Counted from the stretch's first letter, positions 24,801 through 39,800 are shown. The stretch is 64,000 bases of DNA from Paragordius varius (GCA_964247055.1 OZ176052.1:11036001-11100000); one strand, 5' to 3'. Notes: a model not told the origin generated them from the letters alone. Program-made: numbers and translations.

Positions 24801-27800
24801 TTCAAATTATCCCTTAAATATTTTATTTTTAAAAATAAAATTTTGTTTAAAATTAAAATAATACTGAAAAAATAATAAATTATGCCATAAGTTATGTTTG
24901 ATAATAATAATGAGTTATATTCAAGGCTTGGAACCAATTCAAAAAAAGTGGAACACCAGGTCGGTTCCTGAAATTTTGGGACCGGAACCGGGGTGGTTCT
25001 TGAACAAGTAGAACCGAAACCCCGTTGGTTCTTTAAAAGTGGTTCCAGAACCGGTTCTTTACATTTAGAACCGGTTCCATTTCGGTTCCTGACTTTTGAT
25101 TAAATGATTTTTTTACAAAATTATTATAATAATAATCCAACCAAAACATTAACAATTATATAAATTGCCAAATGTATAGTGAAAGAAATATAGTGTATAA
25201 TAAATGAGACAAATTATAAAAATATAATAGGAAAATGTATAAGTACCAAGGTATATAATGAGTGTTAACTAAGTATGGTATCTAAAAATTCTGTATTTAA
25301 CTTTAAAAATTATTGCACCAAGCAATACGCTGGTCAAAATGTTTTTCTGGTCTTTCTATATAAAATTAAGGATGAAAAAACTTTCATCGGGGACCTATAT
25401 ATACAAACATATGTATTATAAATAAACTTGAATGACTATTAGTTTTTATTAGAACAGCCGAATCACTTAAAATTGAGAGAGTATCGCTAACATAATATTA
25501 GGCGCTTAGTTTTAGGTTTGAAATTTGAAGTATCCAATATGTAATGCTACAATCAAATTTAAATAATAAAATAAAATTTTTATAATATAAATCATATGGG
25601 AACCAGTAATTAAGGGGGTGGAACCGAAGAATTGGTTCCAAAAAATTTATAGATAGAACCGGGGTGGTTCCTGAAATTTTGGAATCGGTAACGGGGGGGT
25701 TCCCGGGGAAGCGGAACCGGAACCGCGTTGGTTCCAACCCAATGGAACCGGTTCTTATCGAAATCCCCGGATCCGGGTTCCGGTTCTATGCCGTTCCAAG
25801 CCCGGGTTATATTAGTTTGAAAATACATAATTGTTTTTTAGGGTGAATTTGAATTGTAAATGGTATATTATAGGTATTGTTAATCGAACAACAACAGCAA
25901 CATCGAATGTGGCGTCGGCAAAAATGATCCTTAAATATAACTTTGTGAAATTTGATGATTCACAATGTTCCTCGTCTACACCTTATCACGCATCTCATGC
26001 TTGTGTTAAAATGTACCCAATACTATTTGGACCAGATAGTTTATACGTGGCTGCTCCGAGCCTGGAAACTCAACTCCACCGAATGGGTGAAAGGATAAAA
26101 ATTGTTTTACAACAAAATCGAAATAAATCTCAAAAATTTGATCATCACAATATTGAAGTAAACTCAGGCAAAGAGGAATGTAGTAAAATTACTGAACCCA
26201 CTGAAGAATGGAATCGAGAATCATTGGTGCAAGAAATGTTTGAGTTATTACCGCTTCATTCGATGCGAAATTTCATGGAAATACAGGTTAACAATCATGA
26301 TTCATAATATATGTGGATACTTTTTTACATTGATGGAAAAATTTTCTTTTGGTTAAATCCGCTTTAAAACAGTTTGTCGAGCGTTGTTTTGAATCTATTT
26401 TAAAGTCTTTCACCCATTTTTAACTTAGAATTTTATATATATAAATATATATATATATATGGTTATCTAAAAATAATTGGATATTAAAAACAATTTTAAA
26501 TTATTTTTTATAATTAGGTCCCTTCCATGTATTTGACAAATAATCTACCAATCAGAGTAAGAATTATTATTTAAAAGTTGGTTATATTGATGTTAAACAA
26601 GATTTAAGTAAATGTGTTTCTTTAATTTATTTATTATTTTTTTTATCTAATGATCATCTTATCATTACAAATCTTACTTATGCTTTGACTTAAATACTGT
26701 TCATTTTTTAATATTAAATGTAAGATTCTAATTTACGCGAAACAAATGACATGTATAAAAAATCTCTTCAATCAAAATTTTTACCTTAATAATCGCTCTA
26801 TCATTATATTTTACTATATTTTCTAAACATAAAATATCTAGAAGAATGAACTATACGCATTAGTTCTCCGTAAACAATATTTATTATCAATTTCATTGGA
26901 AACTTAAATATAAACTAGTTAATTATGATTTTTTTACGCATTAGCTCGCTGTAATGGATAGAAGTGGTCAAGGTATAGCGGTTGCTGGTACTCGTGGGTT
27001 TACTCATTACAATACGCTGACTCGTCGATGGCGTATGTTTGGAAATGAAACACAAGTTTTATTTTAATTTATTCTTTTTATTTTTAAAATTATTTTATTT
27101 TATAAAAATAATTTTATTTTATTTATTTACTCCTATATTATATCTATAAAGGAGAATCAATTTAGCGTTCAAGGTGGGTTGGTTTGGTGGAAAGCATACA
27201 TTATTTTCTCGTGCTTGAATCATGATACGCAACAATATGAGGTTAAACTTTTTGAATAAGTCTAGGTTATTTAAAATTCTGATAATAATATGCAATAATA
27301 TAATCACTCTAAAACAAACAGATAGTTGATTTATATTACGCTTATTTTAAGCAAATTACACCCTATATGGGAAAATTTTAAAGATATTTTGTTGAAAAAT
27401 TAAAAAATACCGCATTTTATAACTATAATACAAATAAAAAATCAAATCTAAAATAATAAAACATTAGTTCAATTTATTACTGACACAATTTCAATAAAGC
27501 GCTATCCACACATCTATTAGGACCTGATTAGTTAATTGTAGTAATTTCTTTAAAATTCTATACACTACTTGTTTTTATATTAAAAAATAGATTTTGCTAC
27601 TAACTTAGTATTAGCTTAAAGATCCTTTTGTATTTATATAATTAAGGTATTCTATGTAATATAAAAATGTTATAGGGATGAATTAATTATTTGACCTAAT
27701 CACTTTGTATGAAACTTCGTATGTTATTAAATTAATTATCACCCATTTAATTATTACTTAAGTTCATAAATTTGCTCGATCATTTAGGTTAGAGCTTATC

Positions 27801-30800
27801 CACAAGGCAGTAAATTAGATAACATGAATTTGGCTTTCAAATATTCCGTCAATGATTTATGTCCCATGGCTCAAATCAATTCCTGGGAAAACGATAACTC
27901 AAACATAAATGTTAATAATAAAAATCAGTTTGGGCGAAACTCAATTCCGCCCAAGGGTGAAACGCAAAAAATCCATCTTATAGATGTACATAAAGAATAT
28001 TTTGCGGCATTTTTTGGCTCCCTTCATTTGGCTATATATAAAATTGAATTTATTAGTAATTTTTAAATATTTATCGAATATTTTTTTAACATTTTTAAAT
28101 ATCTCGTTATTTAATTTTGGATTATACTTTTTTATAATAAATCTTTATATATTATTGTTTTAAGTACTTAAGTATTTTTATAAAATATATATCATTGTAA
28201 TTTAGTAGATTTTAAACAATAGAAAATAATATATTTTTTTAAATTTTTTTATGTAATTATAGATAATGTGCTTAATTTGGTCAATATTAATATCATTGAT
28301 GTTAGCGCATTGTTAACTGATCCTAACAATATGATTGCTTTCTCTTTAACCTATTTCACCATTGAATCAAGTAATGCTTAACATGTCATTTTTTTAAAAA
28401 TATGTCTTATGATTTTAAAGGGTTTATTCCTTATCCTCTTTGCTTAAAACTTCCTTAAACCATTTTTGTAAGTGAAAATGTTTCGATGTATATGATCTGT
28501 TATTAGGATGTTTCGGTGTTAAATATTATCATAAAAAACATGCGTTTTGGTTTTATGGTTTTTTAGGGCAAATAGTTGTATTTTCGGTTCTGTTTTAAAT
28601 ATGGATTGCTTAATATTACGTGATTTAGAAATCTATTTTATGTAATTTTGATTAATATTGTATCCTTAAAAAAATTGTAACTGTTAGGAACCGCAGTTTC
28701 GATTGCAAAACATATTATGGAAATGGTCTTAATTTTTTGATTTTTGATACGGTTTCAAAGATGTTCATGTTAATTTTTTCATTAATCCCTATTTTAGGCC
28801 AATCATCCTTTTGGCTCTTATTCTATCAACGACAAATATAATCAAATTATGATGGTTAATTTTTAGATTTGTTCAAAAAACGCAAAAATATTGAGGAGGA
28901 GGGTCTTTCTGCTGAGCTGGGAAACGCGAAAAAAAGTAAAAACGATGAACATAACATGAAAAAAAGCTTTCCATGCCCCAATGTAATTTTGAATATTCGT
29001 GGAGATTTAATTTGTTTACAGCGACACAAAAAACGAACTACTTCACATTCCATTGATATTGCACCAAAAACTGGAGAGGTTTGTTTCTGAATGTGCTTAT
29101 TTTACATAAAGATTAAAATAATATGGTTGTTTTGGAGTGCAATTATAATATCTTGTAAAGTTGGTAAATATATATACTTTCTTGTCTTGAGTGCTGCTAG
29201 AAAATATTTTCGCTTTCATATTACGATTTTATTATACTCCTAACGTAAACAAATTTTAGAATTGAAAAATTAACCACCCTCGCCAACTTCTTATTAATAT
29301 GTTTTTATGCGTTAAGATTTTTTTTATTAAAATTATTCCATTTAATTACAACTTAATATTTTATATGTTTGATAAATAAATACAAAAAAATTTACAATTA
29401 ATCTAACATTGTCGCATTGTATTTTTAAAAAATTTGCATAATTTTTTAAAGGAATAACTTATGACTTTGTATAATTTTAAATTGAATATATATTTTTTAT
29501 AGGGTGATGCTGCTCAACCCCAAAAACGGAATTCAATATTTTCATTTTTTTCAGGCAGCAATCTAGCATCAGATAACATGCTTAAAGGTATGAAAGGCTT
29601 TGATTTAAATTTTTGTTGCGTTTAATTACTGTGGACCAGGAGTATTTGAATATTCTCATTCATGCTTAATATTTTTATATAAATGTAAAAATATATTACA
29701 AAAAATTTCCAAAAATCTATTAATAACTGGTAAAAAAACTTAAAGGGTAACAAGTGCGTTTTTTTTTCAAAACTTAAAAATAAAGCTTCCAAAAATTTTA
29801 AATAGAGGTTAAATAAAACAAAGCTTAATATATTTTTATGGTTGAAATAACTGTTGTTAAATCCGTAAACTAACGATAAACGAAAACTTAATATAAAGTT
29901 AACTGCCAGATATTTATTAACAATTGACGAAAGTGTTGCACATATCGTTTATAATTTCTGTTAATAAATATTTGTCAATTAATTTACGATTTAGTTTGCG
30001 TTTATCGTTAATATATTCTAGTCGAAGAGACTTGGAAAATAACCACAATACAGCTAATAATTATGAAAATGTTTATTTTTTATATCTTTTCCCCAAAGAT
30101 ATGGACAGAAAATCTGACAATAATCAAATTAATAAGCAGCACATCAACACTACCTATAGTTATGCCATGTCCCTCATAGCAAATGCCGTCGAAAATTATT
30201 GGGTTCATGAATTACCAACTTCCTATACACTGCGAGAACAATCAAATTTAACCACTAAGAAAGATCAAAATCATTTTACTGATACTAAAACAACCAAAAA
30301 TCGTAGTTTACCTCCCTATTTGTTGGATACTTTATGGCTTTTCCGGGGTCACGATGGAATTAAGGTTTATTTTGATTTCTTTGTCTTGCTATCGAATCGT
30401 TTTGAAATTTTTGAGGTTAATGTTTTTATTTCCAAAAAAAGAATTTTGAAACGTTATTTGAATATTGGTGAAAATGTGCTAAAAGTGGTTTTCTATCATA
30501 AATTTCGATATTTAAAAAAGCTAAATCTTTAAATGCGCGAAAAATTTTAAATAAACATTTAGATAAGTAGTAAATTTTTAGAGTGTCTGATAAAAATACG
30601 GTATAATAATTAAAGTTAATACTTAACTTTTTACCCTTATTTAAATAGGTGTGGATTCCCTTGAATAATCCGACCGGTTATTTAAATGGAACTTTATCTA
30701 GAGGCGATCTTTTCTCCAAACGTGTAATGTGTTCTATCAATAGCCAAGCTAACAATGTTTATCCATTATGTAATTTTTTTAATTTTTTGTATGGATAGTT

Positions 30801-33800
30801 AAATTATGTGATAAAATAAACATAAAAATAGATTTTTAAATTTATTTTTAATTATAGTATGCAGGGCATCTTTGGCGTTAATTGAAGGTGTGGTGCTTGA
30901 ATCTCAACCAGAATATTTATTGGATCATTTGCCCAAAAGCACTTTTGATACAGGTTATATATATTTATATTAATATATTCATTAAATTAGAAATAAAACT
31001 CTTGTTTTGTTTTAAATATTACAGCCAAATATTGTATGCATCGTGTGTATGTTCCCATACTTGCTGACATATTGAAAGAGCTTATTGAGAAAAAGTATTG
31101 GTTTATTTGATTTATATAAACATACTTTATCTCTAATTTAATGATATAAATTTGTCTTTTTAATTTTCACTTTTACTTATTCATAGTTTATAATTAGTTT
31201 TATCTTTTAAACATTGAAACATAATTTTTTTAATTTAAACTATTATAGTTTAACTTTTCAAGCTCTGGACATTGCACGTAGTTATGAAAATCATTGTCGA
31301 AAAACACTTACCGGTTCTTCGGCCATTTCCATTATCAACAACATAGAATTTGGCGAAATTTTATCAAATTACCCATTTTCTTTGAGTCAAGCGTTGGAAA
31401 AGTTATTGCATGAAGTTTTGGAAGCGGATCCAACCAAAATTACACAAATCGCTTCATTGAAAACTTTGGCAAAATCAAGTAAATCATCAACTACTCATGC
31501 AAAAACCATTGGTGGAAAAGAGGTATTATTATAGCATTAAGGGCATTTTTAAAGTTAATATTAACGTTAGGATCGAATTGTGATTTGACTGCTTTAAACT
31601 TTTGAACTACTCATATGGAAAGTATTGGTCGGCGTTGGAAATGTATTTAAATTTTAGGCGTCTTTTTAAGTAAAAAACTTATTATGTCAATTGGATCAAA
31701 TAACGAATTGGACTGCTTATGCATATCGACTCACATGTAAACTAATCGGCATGTTTGCAAAACTCAGGTCTCCTTATGGATTTTAGTTAAAGAAAAAAAT
31801 CCTAATTTTAGCCTAGATCAGAATTATAAGGACTAAATAAGTAGTAAGAAAGTCAAATGAATCTAAAATTTAATTTTTTTATTTTCAAGCTATATTTTAG
31901 TAAATTTCCATATTTGGTATAACTTTAAAAAAATTTACCAATTTAGTTCTGAATGAATTTTTATGATGAATAGAAAAAGAAGTTGTCTAGAACAAGCACG
32001 GATTTTAATACCTCAAATTCATCGAATGCTTCGATCACACTCTCGCCTCGTGCTTTAGATCCTGAACCACTTTTACCCAGGGTAATATTTATCGCAATTT
32101 CAACTATTTATTTACTCTACAATTGAAATTAATGTTGTTTGGTACAAATTTAGGTATGCTTACTTGATCAAATCAGGTTGAAAAATTGAAAGATGCAGAA
32201 TTTATAAAATATAAATGAAAAATGAATCATTTAATATTATATGAAAATATGTTTTAAGATTAATCCGAAGGCGTAATTTCTAATTTTTGTGTGTGTGAAA
32301 ACCAATACTAATCATTCAATGAGTCATATTTTTGACAACTTGAATTAAACGTGATTATTTTACCAAACAATAAATAGTTTTTTGATTTTATTCAATTATA
32401 TCTACTAAGTAATATAATTTTTACAAACGCATACTAAATGATTACATCATGATGCGAAATATTGGTCAAAGTTGGCTTAGGGTAGTCAATTGAATTATAT
32501 ATCAAAAATATTTGAATAATATGATATATCATTAGGTATTAGCTTTTATCAAAGAATTTCCATTTCCCACTTACGTGTCTGTGCTTGTTAATTGCGCTCG
32601 TAAATCTGAAATTGCACTATGGCCCAAACTTTTTAATGTGACCAACGATGAAGAGTTACATTTTATATTTTAGATTAATTTTTTAGAATATTAAATTAAT
32701 TTTAGTATTTCTCACACTATTTTATTAAATTTTTAAATTTTTTAGACAGATAGATGAATTTTTATATTTTAAAATTTTTTAATTAATAAATTTTATTGGT
32801 CGAATATTTATTCATATATATATATATATATCTTAGAACTGAAGATAATAATGGACCAATAGACAATGATGAATTTTACAAAGACACCCCCTTGAGTTTA
32901 TTTAAAGTATTTTACTGTGTTTTTACCATTTTCAATGATATATATATTTGATAATAAATATAATTAGAAATAATTTAAGATATAAAAAACCATTTTCATG
33001 AATTAAAATCGGACCATTTTTGAAGAAATAATAGCTTTTTAAAATGTTGTAAAACCAAAAACACAATGGTTAAAAACCTGAGCGGAACCATCTTGTTTAT
33101 TAGTGGCGTTGATATTAAAAGATAATGGTTATTTATTTCATAAATTGTTTAAACATTTTTTTTGTAAAAATATATTTTGCTTTGGGCAGAAGTGTATTGA
33201 TCTAAACTTGTTAACAACGGCCACCTCCCTCCTAATTATCCTACAAAATTTGGAGAATTTCAAGGATTCTTTCAAACACGCCATAACCCTTTGGTATACA
33301 GTGCTGGGACAAGGTAAATGGGATTTAGCCAAAGAAATTATGAGATACCTTCAATTGATAGAAAATGGTTTATACCTTTTTATATTTGCTATTTATATGT
33401 ATGAATTAAGGTTATCAATTATCAATAGTATTTGCTTGCGCAATAGAATGCTTTTCACATAATTTAAGACATCTTTATTTTTTTAATTAGGTAGATAATT
33501 AATCAACATAATAATATCCCTTTGCTTGTAAAACATGTGGTGTTTAAATAGATAATTGCCCCTAAAAAATATTGTGATGATACAACAATTAATCTTTTAT
33601 ATATTAAGGATATAAAGGTATCTGGTCTGCACACCTATTTAACGTTAGTAAACTTATTGTATAAAACCTTCTAATACATTATAATCCCTTGGGTATCGCT
33701 TTAACAAGGATTGTGTGTTTAAAGTATATTTTTTTATTTATTATTTGAAGAAACCGAAAATAATATGGACTTGTTCATGCCTAAAAAACCACTAATTAGC

Positions 33801-36800
33801 CTAGAAAGGTAACGTTTTTACTTTATTATTAGATTTTATCCAAATATTAATTAATACAATAATTGATATTTTTTAAATTATTAATTTTTTAATTTGCAAA
33901 CAATTTAAGGCTTTTGTCACGCGAATGTCCATTATGCGACAATGCTGTCAAATCTAAAGAAGTAGTTAATGATAAAAATAAAATGACTGCAATATTGGAT
34001 GCATATGCTTTAAACCTTTTAAGTATGCAGGATTGGGTAGCTTTATTCGAATTATCTGCCAACATGAATTTTCATTTAGTACCATTCTTATCCGTGTATC
34101 GGTATATTATATTTAAATTTTATCTAAAATTAAATAATTTATTTTGAAATATATTTAATATAAAATGTACTGACTTACCGTATTGAAGTAATAATATACA
34201 TAAATAATAAACGACAAAAATATTTATATTCACTCCACTTTTTTAAATTTTTATTTTTTTAATATAATATTGTTTTAAGTTATAGGTATAAATTTGTATA
34301 TTTATATTTCAAAATGTTATCATACACAGTATATTTATTGAATTTAAGGTTCTATAAATATGGTTTCTATATAATAATTGATTTAGCTTTTTTGTAAATT
34401 TGATAATTATTATCAAAGATTTGATCAAGGTATGGTTCAAGATTACGTAAAAGCATTCTGCAAATTACACGAAATGTTTGATTGGCCTTACGGTTATTAT
34501 GTCAACATCAAATACAGTAAATATTCATTAGCTATATTATAAAAAAGCATATCCATCCTACATATCGCATTTATTGAGAAAAAAACTTAGATTTGATAAA
34601 TATATCATCGAATGTACATTTTTGGGGGTTTATAAATATTTTTCATTCAAAAATTAGCATTTATGCTAATATCTTTACAAAATATTTGTCTAAACTTTAT
34701 CCTACCCTTAATTTATGTAAAAATAATTTTTATTTCTCTTTATATATATATATATATATATATATAGATGACGATACAAATCACTATAATAATACATCTG
34801 TTGCGGGTCTTACACCTTATATTGCTGAAACACACCATTCTTCAAACCCTTATAAACCTACATCTCTCCCTCTGAGCCCAGAATCTGCTATTACAACGCC
34901 AAACACACCAGATATAAGTTTAGCTAAATTAGTCGAACCTCTAGATATACAGGGACCTATAAATCCTCGAGGTTTATCATTGAAAATTTATTTTCGTTGC
35001 CAATTATTTATTTTGTGAGGATCAAGTTTTAACTGAGATATATCAAGATTATTTATAAATATAAGTTAAAGGGCAAATATTTTTTTGGGAAACTTTGATT
35101 CTTCTATATAATCTATGTGAATACGATTGGTAAATCATCCATCCATCCATTTTAGGTCCCAGGGTATCTGGGGTTTCCATGCACCAACTTTCTGAACAAT
35201 GTCCTATCAAAGACTTGTTCGTGTTCAATATTGAAGTGTGATAGATCTTGGGTCAGCTGTTTGGACCATGTGAGTTTAGGGCGGCCTTTTCTGTTTGGGC
35301 CGGGTATATAATGTTGTATTTTTTGGACCCAGTTATCGGAATTCATACGTTGAATATGTCCGTAATATCGCAATCGATTGCGCTGGATGAATAAAGCTAT
35401 GGGTTCATCTTCTTCTATGGTATTATTAAAATTATTGTTGCAGATTTTGAGCATGTGATTTTCAGCTCTAGTAAGTCTATTTAGGTCTGTTGCTGTAAGG
35501 GCCCAGGTTTCTGTAGCGTATGTCATAGCTGGTCTTATTCCCATTTTGTAAATCTTTATCTTATGATTCGATTTGATATTTTTATCAGTTAAAATATATT
35601 TTAATTGATTGAATTTGGCCCATCCTTGTCTGATTCTATGAGAAATGGCATCCCTCAAAGAACCATCAGATGCTATATGATCGCCCAGATATGGAAAAGA
35701 TGTTACAACTTCTAGTTTATCTCCATTAAAGTTTAAAGTATGTGGATTCGATATTGGCAGTGGTATTGATGAAGCACATGGTGTGCAGATGAAATTATTA
35801 TTATTAATTAACTTTCCTTTTATGTTGGAACATTTTTTATGGACCCAATTTCTGCATTTTGTACAACAAAGTGAGTTTAGTTTTACCTCAGTGGTGCACA
35901 CTGGGCATGGGAACTTTATAGTTTTATGTTCATCTCCTGTGATTAGAATTTTAGTTTTGTTTGTATTGATTTTAAGACCGTATTTATGTAATTGTTTTGA
36001 CCATATAAGATATTTATTTTCGAGTATTGATATATCTTCTGCAGTTATTATGAGGTCGTCTGCATAAAGAATTTCATAAGGCAGACCTTCTCTCATATCT
36101 TTTGTTATGTAATCAATTATAGCTATAAAAAGAAGTGGGCTAAGGACAGACCCCTGATGCAGTCCAGTATTTCTACTAAAATACTCCGAATTCCCAACAG
36201 GTGTAAGAACACAACTGATTGAGTTAGTGTAGATTAACATAATTAACTTAATGGTATATTCATCTACGTTGTTGTAGCGCAGTGATTCTATTATTAGTGC
36301 TCTAGGTACTGAGTCGTAGGCCTTTTCTAAATCGACAAAAAGGTGGAATAGTTTACGACCTTTTGCTCGGTATTTATCTTGTAATTGTCTGAGTAAGAAA
36401 ATTGGATCGATTGTGCTTTTGCCCGCTGAAAAGGCGAATTGCATTGGATTAATTGAATGAGCTGGACGATACGATTTTTGAGCCACATTTCGAAAATTTT
36501 TAACCCATGTTCAAGAAGTTTTAAGGGCCTGTATGAGGAACAGGTTAGGATATCTCCTTTATTTTTGAAAATGGGAAATATAATGCTTTTTTCCTAGTCT
36601 TTGGGTATTTTCATTTCAACTATTATTTTGTTAAATAAATTTGTTAGAAGCATGGATATATTGGGTATTAATTTAATGATATCAAAACATAGTTCACTAG
36701 GGCCCGAAGCCTTGTTTGATTTCATTTGGTCTAAAGCAATCTCAATATCTTGTATTGTGAATGTCCTTAATGGACCACAACAGGGATCTCGGTCAGAATT

Positions 36801-39800
36801 TATTATGGGTGTTAAAGGGTTGTTTAGATTTTGCTCCATATATTTTTGCCATATGGATTTAATTAATTCTATGGTTGTATTTGTAAATTATTATTATTAT
36901 CTTTTATACATTTAATCGTTGGTATATCTTTTTTGTTATTATTGTAAAGTTTCATATGTTTAAAAATTTTATTATTTTGGATTTCCTTTTCCAATTTATC
37001 GGCAGTATCTTTAGCCTTTTCATTCATTAATTTATTTATTTCCTTTTGTACCTTTTTGTTGTATTTATAATACTCAATTTTGTCGTTTTCTGTTTTCGAT
37101 TTCTTCCATTTTTTATACAAACGCGCCTTTTCTTTAAGTAATGGCTTAATTGCATCGTCCCACCACCATTTCTTTTGGGCTTTGCTCTTTCTTCTACCAC
37201 ACCATTTTTCTACATTTTCAATCGTATTGCTTCTTAGACTTTGCCAGGAGTCTTCAACGTCAAGATTATCAATGTTTAAGTTAAGCGACTTTTTGAAATT
37301 TTTCATTATATCAGGTTTTTTAAACTTGTGTATATTAAGTTTAGGTTTGGTTCTATGATTGAAAGGCCTTGAGTTAAATTTGAAAATTGATAAAACTTTA
37401 TGCTGTGTTTCAGAGTTATAAGTGGTTGTATTTACCAGATATTTTCGAGTGTTGGCTAGTTAGGATGTAGTCTATTGTTGTATTATTATTGCCAGAAGTG
37501 TATTTAATCAGTTTATTTTTGCTTTTGGTGAACAGAGTGTTTGCTAACTGTAGTCGCTGAGCTGCACAGAATTCTAAGACACTTTCTCCTTCTTTGTCCC
37601 GATTATCAAAGTTGTATCCTCCATGTATACCAGAAAAACCTTCGCTGCTTCCAACATGTGCATTTAAATCTCCTCCAATCATTATGCAGTCTGTTTCGGG
37701 TATATTGGAACATATTTGATAGAGCAGATCCCAAAAATCCAGCTTGCATTTATCGGGCAAGCCTTTTTGGGGTGCATATACGGAAATAACATTGAGGATC
37801 AATTTGTTGTATATCATTCTAGCTTGAATAATTCTATCACTGTGACGGGTCACGGTAATTAGGTTTTGTCCATGTGTATCTTTCATCATTATGGCGACGC
37901 CAGATTGTCCTTTGTTCCCACCTTGGTATAGTAATGAATAACCATCAAAGTGTTTTATACCTGCATTTTTATATCGAGTTTCTTGTAAACAGCATATGTT
38001 TAAATCTAAGTTTCGCACCGTATCTATTACCAGCCATTGCTTATTAACCTTTGTTCCAACATTCCAAGAGCCAATTTTAAATGGCTCCGATATAGATTTG
38101 AAGTTTTTATTTAGATTATTGTATCTTATTTTTATATTTGGTTGTTCATTTGTACCTGGTTTATTTATTATTGTTTTAGAATTATTTTTATTTCTATTAT
38201 TTATGTAATTTGTATTTATAGGTATACTAGCATTATCATAATATATATTATCATTTATATTAAAATTAAAATTTCGTTTTGAAATAGAGGTTTTATTATC
38301 ATCAATCATTTTTGTAAGTCGTTTCTTCATGGTTTTGTAATTTGAGGCAAGGTTTTACGGATTATATGCCCTTATAAACCAACCCCTTTAACTCAGAGGT
38401 GAGGGTACCTTATTCGCTGCACCAGGCTAGAGAATGTCTAAAAAGACTACGATTTTCTCAAATCGACCTCCTCCGTTGGCCTTACACATCGTGTAAGTTT
38501 CCGGACATCACCACGCGGAGGTGGAGGTAGGATTTTGATGTCCACGATTGGTAAATAATATATATATATATATTTGGCTTAGCGCTGGAATTAATAAAAT
38601 ATATAATACACTGTTATCAAAATTTGGGATTTTATGCTTTTCATAAAATACAAAGGAAAAAATATGTTTGAGGCGTAAAATATAAGATTAAAAAATTGAT
38701 TTCCTGTTGTGATATGTAAATTATCGTTTTTAGATAGCATTGCAGATGGATTAGATCCCTTAACTAACTACATTAATCCATTAGAAGTGACGTCTCAAAA
38801 TGCTTCCAATTCATATATTGAAAAATCATCGTTTACACGTAATTTAAACCATAACACAGAAAAAGTCGGCAACATTCAAATGGGTTTGGGGAGCCACACA
38901 AAAAAATTTACTCAAACAGAATTACAGTTAAGGTTAATTATTTTCTAATAATAATTTTATTATAATAGTTTATAATAAATATCCTTGGCTTTTTAATATT
39001 AATTTTTCATAATGTTACAATCCTTTAATAACATACATTTAATCAAATAGTTGGGAATAAATCAAAAAACTAACATATATAATTCCTTTTTATTGTGCTT
39101 ATTCAAAATTCAATATCGTTTTTAAATGCTTATAAATTTTTAAGTTTTGTAATAAACAATTTTTTTTATACCTTAACTTCTCAATAATTTAAGTTTAATT
39201 TTTTTTATGCATCAACAACTTTTGCTTAAAATAGGGAGTCATCTAGCAATTTTTATTTTAATTGTTTCATTTAAATTATCTATTGTTGCAAGATTACTAA
39301 TTTTGATTTTTTTAGATTTATGCTGAAAGTATTCATGGAAAGTGGATGTATTGATTGGGCCCTCCTTGTAGCAATAATATTGGGTGATACGCATATAATA
39401 GTACAAACTATAACAAATTGGTTGGCTAAAATGTATGCACAATCTCACAAACCAGGTAGATGTTATTTGTGCTCTATAAAGCCATTATTGATACAAATTA
39501 TTTTAATAAACAGTAATTCTCAATAAATTATATTGGTTTTTACAAAATTAGATGAAAGGTTCGTAAAAAAATAAAAACAATAAATTCCTTAATTTTTTTA
39601 AATAACAACCAATTTTTCTAATTAAACTTTCAAAATAGGTTTTATTTATTTAATTTCCCTTATAAAAACGGGCCAATTTTATTTTCATGTTTTATAAATT
39701 AAACTAACTATTATTAATAATTTGTTGGATATGTGGTGCAAATCAATTGTGATGATTACTCTGTTTTAGTTATTTTAATAAATCAATTTTATAATAGATT

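Larger units (their letters stand above)
35136..38543 (-). mobile_element. Full-length RTE-clade non-LTR retrotransposon (3.4 kb), antisense in RIC1 intron 34972-38733
   Basis: 13-bp TSD ACGATTGGTAAAT at 35123-35135 and 38544-38556; 3' tail (ATGG)n one nt after the stop codon; APE endonuclease and RT ORF; 213-nt 5' UTR. Confidence 0.95.

Noticed and set aside
24922-25846. CRISPR-like array or real ORFs (25498-25846) in the GAACC/GGTTC-rich region
   Set aside because: Motifs are short, irregularly spaced and in both orientations inside a TIR/TSD-bounded MITE; the ORFs arise from local GC richness.
29924-30532. 202-aa ORF as an independent gene
   Set aside because: It is one RIC1 exon (about 30098-30364) plus stop-free intronic flanks.
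32655-32673. Candidate 19-nt intron in RIC1
   Set aside because: Sequence after that AG is non-coding; the donor joins in phase to the acceptor at 32836 (TEDNNGP...TPLSLFK).
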